Assembly (NCBI GenBank): GCA_964016885.1
Contig: OZ024743.1
Location: 314,898,001-314,962,000 of the forward strand
Source: Eledone cirrhosa
Taxonomy: Eukaryota
Reading direction: 5' to 3'
Length of the DNA stretch: 64,000 nt
Program-made: the position numbers and the translations under genes
Shown: positions 1 to 12,745 of the stretch, in pieces
Numbering within the stretch: position 1 is the first letter of the stretch
Layout of the letters: each line of letters starts with the position of its first letter
Notes under the pieces: model-generated
What the model was told of the DNA's origin: nothing
Seen by the model: only the letters and a program-made list of their open reading frames with translations
Database searches by the model: none

Positions 1-345
1 AGAAGTAGGCCAGCGGTTAGGCGGAGGGAGCTCGGCTGAGGCAGGCATTGAGCAGATGGTCCAGGCGTATGGAGCTAAAGGCATTCCTCATGTCAAGATT
101 GGCAATGAGTTGCCTGGTGTCCCTGGATGCGGGTATGGTGGGCAGCCATTGAAGAACTACCAGGCTGCATGTGCGGCCCCCTCACAGACACCGGACACGC
201 CGACACCCAGTTGCTCCGGACTGAACCTCTCACCCAGTTCAGGTGTTATGGACCTACAGACCACCTTAGTAGCCAGCCCCCGGAAGACATTGCCCACAGC
301 GATGGGGCGTATGCCACCTCTTTCTTCCTGCTAGTGGTCAGGCTA
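1..345 (-). mobile_element. Decayed non-LTR retrotransposon RT fragment, CRE-clade-like
   Basis: Manual minus-strand translation gives GGIRPIAVGNVFR..LATKVV, PEQLGVGVSGVCEGAAHAA and LDMRNAFSSIRLDHLL, with stops and frameshifts; these motifs are typical of CRE-type RT domains. Confidence 0.7.
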
Positions 346-550
346 ACCGAAAAAAGAGGCCTCGGGCGTAAGGATCCAGTGCGCCATGAATCGACAATAC
401 TAGTTACGTTTTCATTTCGATCCCGCCGATGCAACAATGTCATCCATACTCCTGAAATTGACAAAAGGAACTACCGATCACCGTTCACAAAACGAAATTG
501 TTGGTATTGTGCCTAAATAAGAAATCCTTATTGTTAGCATTATTATTATT

Positions 551-632
551 AGGGGTCGATAAAATAAAGTACCAGTAATGCACTGGGTAAATGCTGGCCT
601 TGTGCCTAAAGTAGAAACAATTATTATTATTA
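551..632 (+). mobile_element. tRNA-derived SINE, 3' fragment ending in (TTA)n
   Basis: GGGGTCGATAAAATAAAGTACCAGT...GGCCTTGTGCCTAAAGTAGAAACAATTATT, identical to other copies in the window. Confidence 0.85.
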
Positions 633-649
633 TGGGCGGTGGATTGGTA

Positions 650-2298
650 AACGCAAACAACCTAAACAGGCACAAGAAGAAATACACACACAAATGTTTG
701 AAACCACAGACACCGTACTCACAACAAACACAACCGAAACAACACCACTAAAACCATCACCACTACAGTCACGAAAACAATAAAACCGCACCAACAAAAC
801 AGAAGAAAACTTCGTGCATGTCAAAAGGGCCAACAAGTAATTGATGGCAGTCGTAGCACAAAGTAAAGAAATACAAACTGATGGGGACATTTTTAAATCG
901 AGCTCGTTTCGCGTGCCGTAAGATTTGTTTCTGGTGAGATTGTCGCTCGATTCCTACAAAGGGATTCGAGACAGCTTTCCTCGGGACGTGGGAGCCCCCA
1001 GTAAAACCCACATCCAGACTTTAAAAAGAGTTCCCAAAAGAAACCCCACCAACTATGGAGGTCGAACCACCTGACCTTCATAAGAGCACGGGAGGTAAGT
1101 AAACCTTTCCTCTCTTTTTTAGCCTGCCAATATGGTCATACTAAGAGTAGGAGGTTTAAATGTTGAGGCCACGTGTCGCCCTAGAATCACGGTCACCTGC
1201 TCAACGAACTCAGGTCTCCAGAAATGGAAGTAATTACCGTCAGCGAGACCAGGATTTCCGACATGCTCGCATTAACCCCCATTTTCGACGACTATCAGAT
1301 CCACTCATCTGTTAGTCGGCCGGGAATGGGAGGTGGGGTGGCAGTGCTGTTTAGGAAAAATCCTGGATCTTGAGGTAAGGTTGATCCTCCGGGACCCAGA
1401 CGGTAATTTGGTGGTCCTGGACATGAACAATAGTGAAGTTGGTTCATTTAGACTGGAGACCGTCTACACCCCTACAGGGGCAGCACGGCCGGACTTATTT
1501 AGATGCCTGGAAGCCTTTTGGGGTACGCCTCGCCCTTTACTGTTAGCGGGGGACAGGAACGGCATGTTAGACGCACGGTGGATTTGTGTGGGAGAGCCGT
1601 TAGGAACGAGGGGTGCAAAAAACTCAAGTACCTGATCAGCCAGTTCCAACTGACATGTGCCGACTAGATTTGCCTAATGCACCAGTGTCGACCTGGACAA
1701 ACCGTTTAGGGACATCAAGATCGTACTTATATAGGTTTCTAATTAGATTAGTGGATAAAGATAGTATAGAGTGTCCGCAATTACATACAGCCGCCTATTC
1801 AGATCACAAGTTAAGTTTGTGATCTTTATGGTCGATCTAGATAAGACTCGTAGATTAGGACCTGGTTACTGGAAGCTGAATATGTGGCTTCCGGCACGTA
1901 AAACTTACAGGGACCGGGTCAACAATTTAGTTAAGCAAAAGGTTGACAGGGGGGGGGGCTCATTAACAACACACGGTGGGGGGCACGCAAAAGAGAGATT
2001 AGAGTAATTTCGATAGGGTTTAGCAAAGAAGTAGCGTTAGGGAAAAATAGAAAGGAGAGGGGGCTGGTAGATAAGTTAGGCGAGGCTTTTTGTAGTGGCA
2101 TTGCCACTGGGGTGTAAGCGGTGAGAATGGCATTAGATCATTTCTTCAATGCGAAACACGAAGGTTCATTGATGTATTTTTCTTGTTTATTTTTATTGAT
2201 TTCTTATATTTTACTCGATTTTTATGTAAAACCCCCACTGTCCCCGTCTTTTGTATTGACCCTATATGTCGGCCCGTGTGGCTAATAAATGAAACTAT
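650..2298 (+). mobile_element. Decayed Tx1/L1-type LINE: ORF1 remnant, APE endonuclease region, internal deletion, 3' UTR
   Basis: ORFs 1333-1635, 1613-1822 and 1771-2007 match the APE ORF at 61827-62648 (LVVLD..FRL..VY, GD.NG.LD, SDHK, GPGYWKLN). The 3' UTR end TGGCTAATAAATGAAAC resembles the 3' end of the 15.3-17.9 kb element. Confidence 0.85.
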
Positions 2299-2625
2299 TG
2301 AGTTCAAATCCCGCCGAGATCAACTTTGCCTTTCATCCTTACGGGGTCGATAAAATAAAGTACCAGTAATGTACTGGGTAATTGCTGGCCTTGTGCCAAA
2401 AGTAAAAACAATTATTATTATTGGCAGTATCGGTAGAGCATCTGACATCATGATTTGCACCATAGAGTTACATCCCTTTTCGTTCGGAGTTCAAATCGCA
2501 CCGAGGTTAGCTTTACCTTTCATCCTTACGGGGTCGATAAAATAATGCACCAGTAATGAACTGGAGTCGATTTAATTGACTTTCCCCTTCCACCAAATTA
2601 CTGGCCTTGCGCCTATGTTAGAAAT
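2299..2625 (+). mobile_element. Two tandem tRNA-derived SINE copies (Meta-domain-like core)
   Basis: A box TGGCAGTATCGG, B box GAGTTCAAATCC, core ACTTTGCCTTTCATCCTTACGGGGTCGATAAAAT and (ATT)n tails. Confidence 0.9.
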
Positions 2626-3619
2626 TATTATTATTAGTAGTAGTAGTTGTAATAGTAATATTATTAGTAGTAGTGGCGGCGGTGGCGGCGGCAGCAACAG
2701 AAGCATGTTTTTAGATATGTACTTAAATACGTCTACAGTTGAGTTATTTATATGGAGTGAGAGAGAGATGTGGGTATTCATTTGCGTGCATTTACGTAAC
2801 AAACTGCCTATATTTGTACCGAATTCTGCCAAATTTATTATTGCGTGTACTGACACATATTTCTGCAGACTGATTATTATCGCTGGTTATGTTAAATTTG
2901 ACTTTGCTCTCTTTAAACGGCAACATATATTCTAATAAATCCTACGGCCTCTGATCTCCGTCAAACACCATATATATATATATATATTGAAGAACGCACA
3001 GATATGAGTGAACACAGGTATGCATATGTATGTTTGTACTATACATATTTGTGTCTGCCATCTGAGTCTGTGGCACTACGAGAATATAAATATATCTGAC
3101 ATTGATTTGTGTGTGTATGTGTTTTACATATGTATATAAATTAGGCAATACATTTATCATTGCACTTTTCTCTGTCAGGCGCATATTCTTAATATTAATA
3201 AAATAATTTCACTGAAACAACGTAACATTAATCTCTTTCAGGCTTGGAATCGAAGATTATACCTTTGCACGAAAATAGCAAAAGTTGGAATTTTCTTTTC
3301 AGATATTTTGAATTTTTAGATTTTGCTTCTATTTTATTCCCTATTTTGAAGGTTTGTTCGCTTTCTTCTATATTAATATCAAGCATTAAATCAATTTTCC
3401 TAAGTCCGTATTCATATCTTAGTGTTTTATTAATTTAAGTTTATTTTCTATTTTACCTGTCAAATATACACAGAACTCAATAAATTATATTATGTAACTA
3501 ACTAAATTTATGGTCAGTTGAAGAATTAGTTTATTTTGCCTGCCTGGTAACATATTACAGAGTTGCTAGAAATAGCAGCCTATAAACTTTTGCTTTGTCC
3601 AGTTTTTTGGTCTGTCAAA

Positions 3620-4020
3620 TAATTGTTTCTGCTTTTGGCACAAGGCCAGCAATTGCCCAGTGTATTACTGGTACTTTATTTTATCGACCCCGTAAGGATG
3701 AAAGGCAAAGTTAACCTCGGCGGGATTTGAACTCAGAATGGCAAGGGCCGTAACTCTATGCGTCAAAGCATGGCATCCGACCCTCTACCGATACTGCCAA
3801 TCCACCGCCCTTCAAATAATGGTTTCTAACACGCCAGAAATGTTGACGGTGTGGAGAAAAGTCGATTATATCGATCCCAATAATTTACTTACTTCATTTT
3901 ATACATCCCCGGAAGAGAAATGCAATGTTAACCATTGCAGGATGTTAACTGAGAAAGTAACTAACCGGAACAAATACTGTGCGGTAATTTTTCTGACGCC
4001 CTAACGATCTAGCCAATTTA
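3620..4020 (-). mobile_element. SINE copy (about 3620-3810) plus an older diverged copy (about 3820-4020)
   Basis: Reverse complement of the SINE consensus (ACTGGTACTTTATTTTATCGACCCCGTAAGGATGAAAGGCAAAG...GCCAATCCACCGCC). Confidence 0.85.
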
Positions 4021-4439
4021 ACACCCTGTGGTCTTTTTAACCGTGCTGAATTAGATGAAATATCTACCTACAATGATTCTCACTCCATCTTTGCTTGAAT
4101 ATGCAAGATGAGAACTCTCTCTGGAGAGATACATAGAGTATTACAGACATTGGAATATAGATGCTAATACAAAATCTTAGGCACCTTATAGAAAAAGACT
4201 ACATCATAAACAATCCTTCAGAAAACCTATAAAAGCACACATCGGCCGCCGTGAAGACATCAAAATAGAATGGGGGTGGGTGTTGAGCAGAATATTTTGG
4301 TCCTGCAACATCTATTTCATGGTTCGCTACCTCATTTATTCTACCTCTCTCAGTGAGACTCTCTCACTCGGACTTTATCACTATATCTCCTATAATATAT
4401 CTTTTTCTCTTTACCATTTATACTATCTCCGTTAAACCT

Positions 4440-4545
4440 TCTCCCTCACACTATCCCTGTTACACTCTCTCCCTCACACTCTCTCTCTCACACCCTCTCT
4501 CTCACACTATCTCCCTCACATTATCTCCCTCACACTATCTTTCTT

Positions 4546-4604
<59 letters not shown>

Positions 4605-4885
4605 CTATCACTTTCACTCTATCTCTTTCACTCTATCTCACACTCTATCTTACACTCTATAATACCACCTCTACGTCTCTCACTCTTGTTCGTTCTCTGC
4701 CCACCTTCCCCAAATTCACATTCCTATACTGTCTCACGCTCTCGAGATATATAACATTTTCTCTACATCTACCTTTCTCTTATACTCTCCATAACTCATT
4801 CTCATTACGTCTCTCTCTCTCTCTCTCTCACTCTCTCTCTCTGTCTCTCTCCCTCTGTCTATGTCTCTCTCTCTATCTATCTATG
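4440..4885. repeat. CT-rich low-complexity tract including (CT)n at 4549-4601
   Basis: Direct inspection. Confidence 0.9.
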
Positions 4886-7800
4886 AATCCATCTAGCTCT
4901 GTTTCAACCTTCTTTTCATTCTCCCTTCATGAAATAAAGAATCTGTCTTAAAATACGCTTAGTTTACTTCGCTTATTATCAATATATATATTTCGACATG
5001 TCATTCTTACTACATCCCTAATTCTTTATTTTTATCTATTCACCTATCTATCTATCTCATTTTCTCTTTATTTATTTATCTATCTATTTACAACTCTACT
5101 TACACTGTCATTAAAGGTTCCTTTTCTGCTTACAAGCTCTCTGCAGAAACTAGTGATTTGCAACATATTGTCATATTGTCATATATATGAACCATCCATC
5201 AAAACGAAAATGAAGTGGAAAGTAAATAGATATGCAAATAAGTAGACACGCACACATGTACACACACACATACATCCACACACACACATGCAAACACGCA
5301 CACACATATACACACACATATATTTATTTATTTGTGGTTTGGCAAGCTCATTTATAACTTACAGATGTTTATATATAAGACGAAGGCCTGTATACAAAAA
5401 TATGGATATATATATATAGTATATATTTATAGTACATATGATATAAATACATTTAATATATATAAAAGCGGTATACATGTGCATATTTATCAGAATATGC
5501 AGATGTAAACTTAAAATATTCCATCATTTATAACAGAACCTATGTTATTAGTTATGGTATTATGTCATTGGCAAGTTTTATCACTGCAATTTCAAAAGGA
5601 ATCCTCCTTCTGGCATCTTTAACGCCAATCTGATAATGCACAATTTATGGAGTTAAGAACAAATCTTCTTTAAAATCGGTTGAAAATAAAATGAGTCTCA
5701 GATCCCAGCACCGAAACACATTCACTCTATTTGCCTATATGTAGAATTGCTTAATTACATTTATAAAGTTAATAAAACGAAATACGAGTTATCATCCATG
5801 TAGGCTCATCTCAAAGTTCATCACAATCCGGCTAGTGTACGTGTTAGGCAAAACAGAGGGCATATTGTAATCGACAATTTATTCTGTTTCTCTGTATATA
5901 AATACTTATCCAGAAAACATTTGAGTTATACCTCCGTCAGTGGTCTTCCGTTGTCCAGACTTTCGACACATGGTATATGTAACCATCAGTGAGAGAAACT
6001 GTTTAAATGATGCTGTCGAATAAAAAGTCGTTAGTTCCGACGAGACACCTCAATTTCTGCCAGAAAGGCAGTGAACCGGTGAATACATGAAAACAGAATG
6101 AGAACTAACCAGCGGCTGTTGTCCATAATATGCAATGTATGATAAGAATCTAATTTAAACAAGGACGATTATATTCTAGCCAAACGTGCAGTTTTTTTCT
6201 AGTATATTACATATCATAACATACATTATACAGTGAATGGCTACATTGCACAATGAACATCTATATAGAAACGAAATTATTATCTGGGTATGGTTTGAAT
6301 GAATGAATTCGCAGGTCTGTTTAAGAATTTATGTGAAGAAAATAAGCAACAAAAATAAACTGTATATCTCCAGAAATAATAATTCCTCTCCGGATTTAAC
6401 ACCTGATATTGGAAGACTTGAACTGACTTCCTTCATTTTGAAGCATACCTACTAAATCTCTCATTTGGAGACAACTTCATCCTTTCCTCTCACAAATCAC
6501 ATAGGGCCGGTAAAACCAAAGGGACGCATGAACTATTTTCTTTACTTGACAATTTGGGAAAAAAAGGAAAATGCAAAAAATAAAGAAGAACATTTGACCT
6601 TTATGCCATTTGAACACTGAATGTAAAGGAAGATTATCAATTATCTATAAGACATGTAGCATTGTTGTTCTCAGTCTTCTGCAGGACGACCACTATTTAT
6701 GTGAGAATATAAATATAACTACATTATTTAACATAATCGAGAATCTTAGATTCTTTGTGAAATGTCTTACCATAGTTATCTTTGTCGTATTTTCTCCATT
6801 AAGCCGCTAACTACAGAACAGATAAATTGAAACATCAAATTATTTTGCAATAAAGTGGCAAGGCTATAAATTACACTGTTGCAAGTAAATGCTTTAATAA
6901 TTCATTTCACATTGATATATTTCAATTTCATATTGAATTGCAGCAAGTCACAAAAAAGTAAATATAGATGTAGACACTATAAAAATCCAGGATATGATAC
7001 AGTTTCTTGTAAATCGATTTTTGTTTTTTGTATAAATTATCTGAACATCATGTGAGTTAGTGTGTTTGTTTTTGTGAGTTCTATTTCAAGATAGTTATGT
7101 GCATGTGTCAATGTTGAGGTCGTTTAAAACATTAGCAGCTTCTAATTTAAAATAATTTCATCGCACAAAATTACAATAGAGAGAAGGTAAAAGTAATGTC
7201 CACTGCTCGTAAGGTTTTTACTGACATTCTTAATTATCTGCAAGGTGTATAGGTCTTGTAGATGCAATGCCAGAAGCCAAATAATGGCCTGGAATACAGA
7301 GCAATAAACAATATCATTCTCCTGTATCCTAGAGACAAAATGATTTATTTAACTATGTCTATGTCTGAATCATTTTTATCCACTATTTATTCTTATATTA
7401 TTAAATAAAGATAAGACAGACTTTATATGTCTATTAATAAATCGTCTTTCAATGTATATGATATAAAATGAAATGGTGTAGAGTGAACAACGCCAAACAT
7501 GGCAGTTCCAGATAGCAATTTCCGATTCTTCAATTCAACGGTTCAATTCGATTATTATAGATTTTGTGTTATAATGATGTTGTCATCATCGTCGTTGTTG
7601 TCGGAATTGTTGCTTCTTACCTTATAAATGCCACATCAAGGAGACATGATCCAACTCCAGAAAGCTATGGCTAAAAATATTCCAGCCAAGATTTTGACAT
7701 CTATTTCATTCTAGTATAAGAGACTCTGCCTAAGGCTAAATTGAGTGCGGTTCATTCCCATGAGATAGGTGAGAGTTATTGATGAATTTAGCTAATAGCT

Positions 7801-8489
7801 AATATTTCTAGCAGGTCCATCAGCATCATATATATATATATATATATATAAGAAAATGAGTTTTTTTTCATTAAAAAAACAGATGCGTGAGAAACCACAA
7901 ACCCTCCATCTCAATTCTGCTTTTGAAAAGCATAAGAACTATGAAACAAATAAAGGAAATAAATGAATATTCTTAAAAACACTCTAGTTGCATTTTCGAT
8001 TTATTTTCCTTATTTTCCTTATTTTCCTATATATATATGTTTTGCCTACCACAATGTTCCATTTGTCAAGCTATTTAAACGTATGTTGTTACTCTAAGGA
8101 CCTACCCTTATCGAGTGCTTTGCTAACTCATTCATATTGTAGGTCGACTGTGCTTGCCCGCAGCCAAAGCTTCGATTTTACTAAGCACCTACATGTATTA
8201 TTTTCTCCTAGATTGAATAATTAACTAATTAATGTAATTAGACAATTCTGTTGATTGGTTAATTATTTGTGTTTGTTTAATAACATCTGGTTGAGAGCTT
8301 CATTCTGAATGTTAGCGGAAATTATAATATTTCCTTTGTTTAACACTTCGAATCTAAGAACAGAACCAATCGTGAATAAATGCAAAAACACAATCATATG
8401 GATCATTTTGCATATATGTACTCTGTGTTTTTGCATTTATTCACGATTGGTTCTGTTCTTTTTTTTGTGTACTTTATGTCTGTTTTTCT

Positions 8490-9352
8490 TTGATTTTGTT
8501 CCATGTGATGGAAAATAGGACTGTGTACCAGATGCACTAATGCCTGGAGCCCTGTAGTTATAATGTACGGCACTGTCGTTCAATATGTGATAGAGTAACT
8601 GTGACACTAGAATCCCTCTCAGAAAATATTACTTAAACATCTCTCTCCATATTATTTACTCACCTCAATCCGAATTATCACCTGAAAATAATATTTTTTT
8701 TAATCCTTTTTTTAATTCCTTTCTTTAATTCTTTAATTTCTAACTGTTAATTTCTTAATTGTTTAATTTATAATTTCTGATATTAGATTTAGGATTTTAA
8801 TTTTTATTTCCAACTCTCACTCTTAACTTCTGATATCTAGAATAAGTTTATTTTCCCTTATAAGGTGATGGTCAGTCGTACCGTCAACGCTTAGTGAGGG
8901 GTAGTATTATGACCTGTAAAAACTAACACTCTCCCATCCCCTCTGGCTCTCGACTGACTGCCACAGCCGTGATGGGTAGCAGTAAAATATGGTACAGGCA
9001 TTGGTGGGCCATTGTTTTGGATGACGGGTGAACTGACTAAGTAAATTTCGTTAAAGTCTGCGGTGGCAAATGGTCAACTTCCTTCGGATATGCGCTTGCG
9101 CAGGCCGGTGGGGGTGAATTGGTACTCACAAGGGAGCGGATGAAAAACCCCAAAACACGCAATTCATCCGTTCCATTGTCGATCCAATTTGGATTGCCTC
9201 GGAAACATAACCTTATTATATAACAAGCTGTCTGATGATGACACAACACTCGCACACAGAACAGTGTGGCCAGTGTCGTCACTGAAATATATATCACAGC
9301 ATTATTATTAAAGGATTTGAACATCTGAAACTACTTCGCTTTTCCTTATTCT
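8490..9352 (+). mobile_element. Non-coding hammerhead-bearing repeat (Penelope pLTR/retrozyme-like); second copy at about 33735-34635 (-)
   Basis: Colinear similarity to the reverse complement of 33735-34635; hammerhead motif near the 3' end; ends in (TA)n. Confidence 0.75.
9227..9300 (+). ncRNA. Type I hammerhead ribozyme motif
   Basis: GCTGT-CTGATGA-stem II (TGACAC...GTGTCG)-GAAA-TATATA-TC-ACAGC. Stem I GCTGT/ACAGC, palindromic stem III, AUC cleavage triplet. Confidence 0.75.
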
Positions 9353-10593
9353 ATATATATACATATATATATAGATGTTTATATACTTTTGTATAAGATG
9401 ATGACCAATTGGATAGTGTATGCAACCCTCCAATTAGTAAATATTATTTTTATACGCCAACATACTTGACTGAATACACCCATGCTTTTTCTCCTGTCTC
9501 ACATTGTTATACGATATGTATAAATTCAGATCTTTAAATATCATGGTCCGATGCAACATCATACCTACCTGAACATACAATATGAGAAATGCCGTTCTCG
9601 CTTTGATCATCCCGCCCATCTCTTTTCAAGGAAAGTATCACAACGGGTAGAAAAGCCAAGATGTTTATTTGTTGTACTTGACCTTATTAGCAACTTCATG
9701 TTTGTTTCAGTGATAATATCGTTGTTATTGTTATGGCGTTTGTGGTAGTGTTGTTGTTATTTATACTCTTTTGCTGATTGTAATAATGGTTCAGGCGTCT
9801 TGGAATCGTTGTTGTTACTGTCATTGTTGTTGTTTAGCAAGTCTGTATTTTTTTAGCATACCTATGCTTAAAACCCCTTTCAGACGTAACCATCTTACAT
9901 ATTTCCATCTCATAGACAGCTGCATTGTCTAATATATCCGACATTATTTAAGTTGATTTGAAGGAGAATTAGTTGCTATTTCTCCCCTTTTTTCGTTTTC
10001 TGTTTCTGTCGCATCGGCTCATGTAACTCGTAGTCCACAACATATGAAGAAAAATATATAATTGGGCTGCCTTCAATCATAGATATAATCGATGATGCTT
10101 CAATGAAAATATAAGCAGCTGTGTGTAGTAGGTAGCTGTCTCGTTCATTAGTAGAGGGCCTGACATCACCACCTTTCACAAATGCCCTACTCAGTTGGGC
10201 CCGCCTGGCGTTATCTGAAATTAACACCTCTCCATTTCCAGATTGCTGCCCAGGCCATGTTGAAAAGAGAAAATATAGTGAGTGCTAGGCTAACAATCTT
10301 GCTTTTGTAAATCGCGATCGACGATTCCTCCATAGGGACAAAATAATCCGAAGAAGAAGAGGAAGGAGAAGAGGAAGAATGAGAAGAACTTAAATAAAAG
10401 AAACGCCATCAACTGCCAATATTTGGAATTTATTCAACGTGTTGTACATTAGGAAATAATTTAATTCTGTTGTCTTTTCACTTGCGGATAGCAAACATCT
10501 CAACGTTTGAAGGAAAGACACTTCAAATGTTATTAACGAAAGAATATTGACAGATCAAAGTACAATCACGTGCATTAGGTCCAATTAACAAGT

Positions 10594-10599
10594 TTTATT
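10594..10599 (-). promoter_or_regulatory. Candidate polyadenylation signal (AATAAA) of the M48-like gene
   Basis: AATAAA on the minus strand about 155 nt downstream of the stop codon; the AT-rich context makes a chance match possible. Confidence 0.4.
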
Positions 10600-10753
10600 C
10601 TAGAAGTAATAACTGCGAGAACAGTTTTAATTAGAATATGTTAAAGGCCTTTCATTAAGTAAAAAAAATACTTTAAAGGACCGTTAGTATGTTTTGATCC
10701 ACAAATGTATAGAAAGTTCTGTTGGGAAAGCGTTTGAGGTTTCAACACGTTGG

Positions 10754-12037
10754 CTATACATAAATTACATTTCGATCTTTTCTTAAGCTCAACAGTCTCA
10801 TTGCTAATGATCGCTCTTGATTGTGAATTAATCGATACAACCAATATTGGCCTGGACATTCCGATGTTATTTCCTTTTTAAGTATTTTTTTCAGTATATG
10901 GCCTTGGTAGTTACTCATGATGAAAAAGTCTACTTTTCTGTTGAATGACCTTTGTGTAGCATTGTATAATATTTTCACAGCGTGTAAATAAGGAATAACT
11001 AAATAGAACAATATATATATAATCCTCATATAGACTGATTTATAGTAATCATTACAACTAATGTTGATTATTTGTGGAGGAAATATCATACTTAATATTA
11101 ATCCAGCTCCGAAGAGATTAACCACAATTAATATAGTAAGCTTCAGTTGGTGATTATACTGTATGTGTCCAAGTTTATGTGTGACAACAAGTCGGTTCTT
11201 TTGTTCGATTTCAGAGAGATTAGAGACCAGAAATTTTGACCGGGCTTCTTTCTTATTTATTGACTGCAATGAATCTATGTATTTTGCGTCGATGAAGATC
11301 TTCCTGAATATCCATTCAGACTTCGAGATAATATTTAGAGCCACATCCCGGATGTCCCGCGGGTATGTTATAAACACAATGTCTTTTATGAGGATTTCGT
11401 TTCGATTTGCAATATAGAAGATCTCATTTCGAAGCAATCCCTCTCGTAGGGAGTAAACCGGAAAATATTTCATTGAAAAAAAGTAAATAACTGCTGGTCC
11501 AAATATGACAAACACTGAGATTGCCGTAGCTATGTAGAGAGCAAACATAGGTCCAGCAAGTGAGAAAGTATTAACAAGCATATATATTACTATCATTAGG
11601 ACGCAAACTCTATTGTCGAAACCAATAGATTTCCTGTTCCCTTCTTCAAAATGTGTGAAACATGTGTTGCAAAATTCATAGATACCGTAGATAATTACAA
11701 GTGGTAATCCAGAAGACCATACTTGAAAAGGAGCACCAACGTCCATGAGCCTAGCCAGGGGTTGACAGTAAAACCAAAGGTGGTTCTTCATGCTTGTATT
11801 CATGAACAGTAGAATGAGTAAAATAGTTGCAACTGATTTTGAAGCATTCATCAATACTTTTCGTTTCTCGCGTAGTTGAAGTGCTACAAAATCTGCTCTA
11901 TATTCAAAATCCCCTGGTGCAATCAAGGAAAACTTATTGTTTTGTTTGGTAGATGCTATAATTTCTACCAATATCCAAATACAATAAATAGTCACTGATG
12001 TTTTCTCAAATACGTCCATGTCAGGAGTCGAGGACAT
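10754..12037 (-). CDS. Intronless, highly divergent CAAX prenyl protease 1 (ZMPSTE24/Ste24, peptidase M48)-like multi-pass membrane protein, probably catalytically inactive
   Basis: 427-aa uninterrupted ORF with several hydrophobic helices. Colinear matches to remembered ZMPSTE24 motifs: LREGLLRNEI~LPEGKLKEEI; VVTHKLGHIQYNH~VLGHELGHWKLGH; IPYL...QRSFNRKVDFF~SPYN...SRRFEFQADAF; WLYRLIHNQERSLAMRLLSL~[20 protein letters not shown]. Confidence 0.8.
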   Translation of the reverse strand: MSSTPDMDVFEKTSVTIYCIWILVEIIASTKQNNKFSLIAPGDFEYRADFVALQLREKRKVLMNASKSVATILLILLFMNTSMKNHLWFYCQPLARLMDVGAPFQVWSSGLPLVIIYGIYEFCNTCFTHFEEGNRKSIGFDNRVCVLMIVIYMLVNTFSLAGPMFALYIATAISVFVIFGPAVIYFFSMKYFPVYSLREGLLRNEIFYIANRNEILIKDIVFITYPRDIRDVALNIISKSEWIFRKIFIDAKYIDSLQSINKKEARSKFLVSNLSEIEQKNRLVVTHKLGHIQYNHQLKLTILIVVNLFGAGLILSMIFPPQIINISCNDYYKSVYMRIIYILFYLVIPYLHAVKILYNATQRSFNRKVDFFIMSNYQGHILKKILKKEITSECPGQYWLYRLIHNQERSLAMRLLSLRKDRNVIYV

Positions 12038-12649
12038 TATTTAAGAAACTCCTCCCTAAATATTAGTATGATCGTAGTATACAAGTGGTTTGTGGTTTCC
12101 GTCTTTAAAAACATATCAACATGAGAAATGTCTAAAGATCTAAGATCAGAAATGCATTTTCACAAAACGAAATATTGTAGCTTTTCAATTTACAGAATCT
12201 AGTAATGTCTGTGTTTGTTATCATCACTGGAAGATACGTTATATTTAAGCTTGTTTACCTTCTTTTGTAAACTGTTTTTTTTTCAACAATTATTGATGGT
12301 TTGGGTATATTTACGTACCAACGTGAAATATTTATTCAGATTAAGTCGAACACTACTAGACACAAGCTATTTTTGGCGTTTCGTTGTAATAAAGCTAATT
12401 CTTCGTGATATCGTTTATGACGTAATAATGAAACGAAAGAAGCATGGACGCGTTGTAGAAGTAAAACATAGCATTTATGGAAATAAAAACCAAATGTGTG
12501 CATCGTAGGATTAAAAGATTTTCATCTCTTCCACTCTTCAGACATCAAATGTAAATAAATCTACTAGATGTAGCTGGTGTCTAGTTACTATATTATCTTA
12601 TATTAACATGTAAAATAAACTTATACATATATGAGTATTAGAAAAGTTA

Positions 12650-12745
12650 GTAGGTCGTCGAATAGGTTAGCTTATGATATAATCGTTCCGGCTGCCTCTT
12701 TTTTATGAGTTCAAATCTCACCAAAGTCAACTTTGCTTTTCGGAA
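12650..12745 (+). mobile_element. Diverged SINE fragment
   Basis: GAGTTCAAATCTCACCAAAGTCAACTTTGCTTTT matches the SINE B box and core. Confidence 0.6.

Noticed and set aside
1093-1125. GAG|GTAAGT...TTTTAG just before the Tx1 ORF2 start
   Set aside because: Too short (~29 nt) for an intron, and the AG is absent in the 61.8-kb copy.
10754-12037. Calling the ORF ZMPSTE24 itself
   Set aside because: Too divergent and lacking catalytic residues; likely a paralog, so no gene symbol was given.
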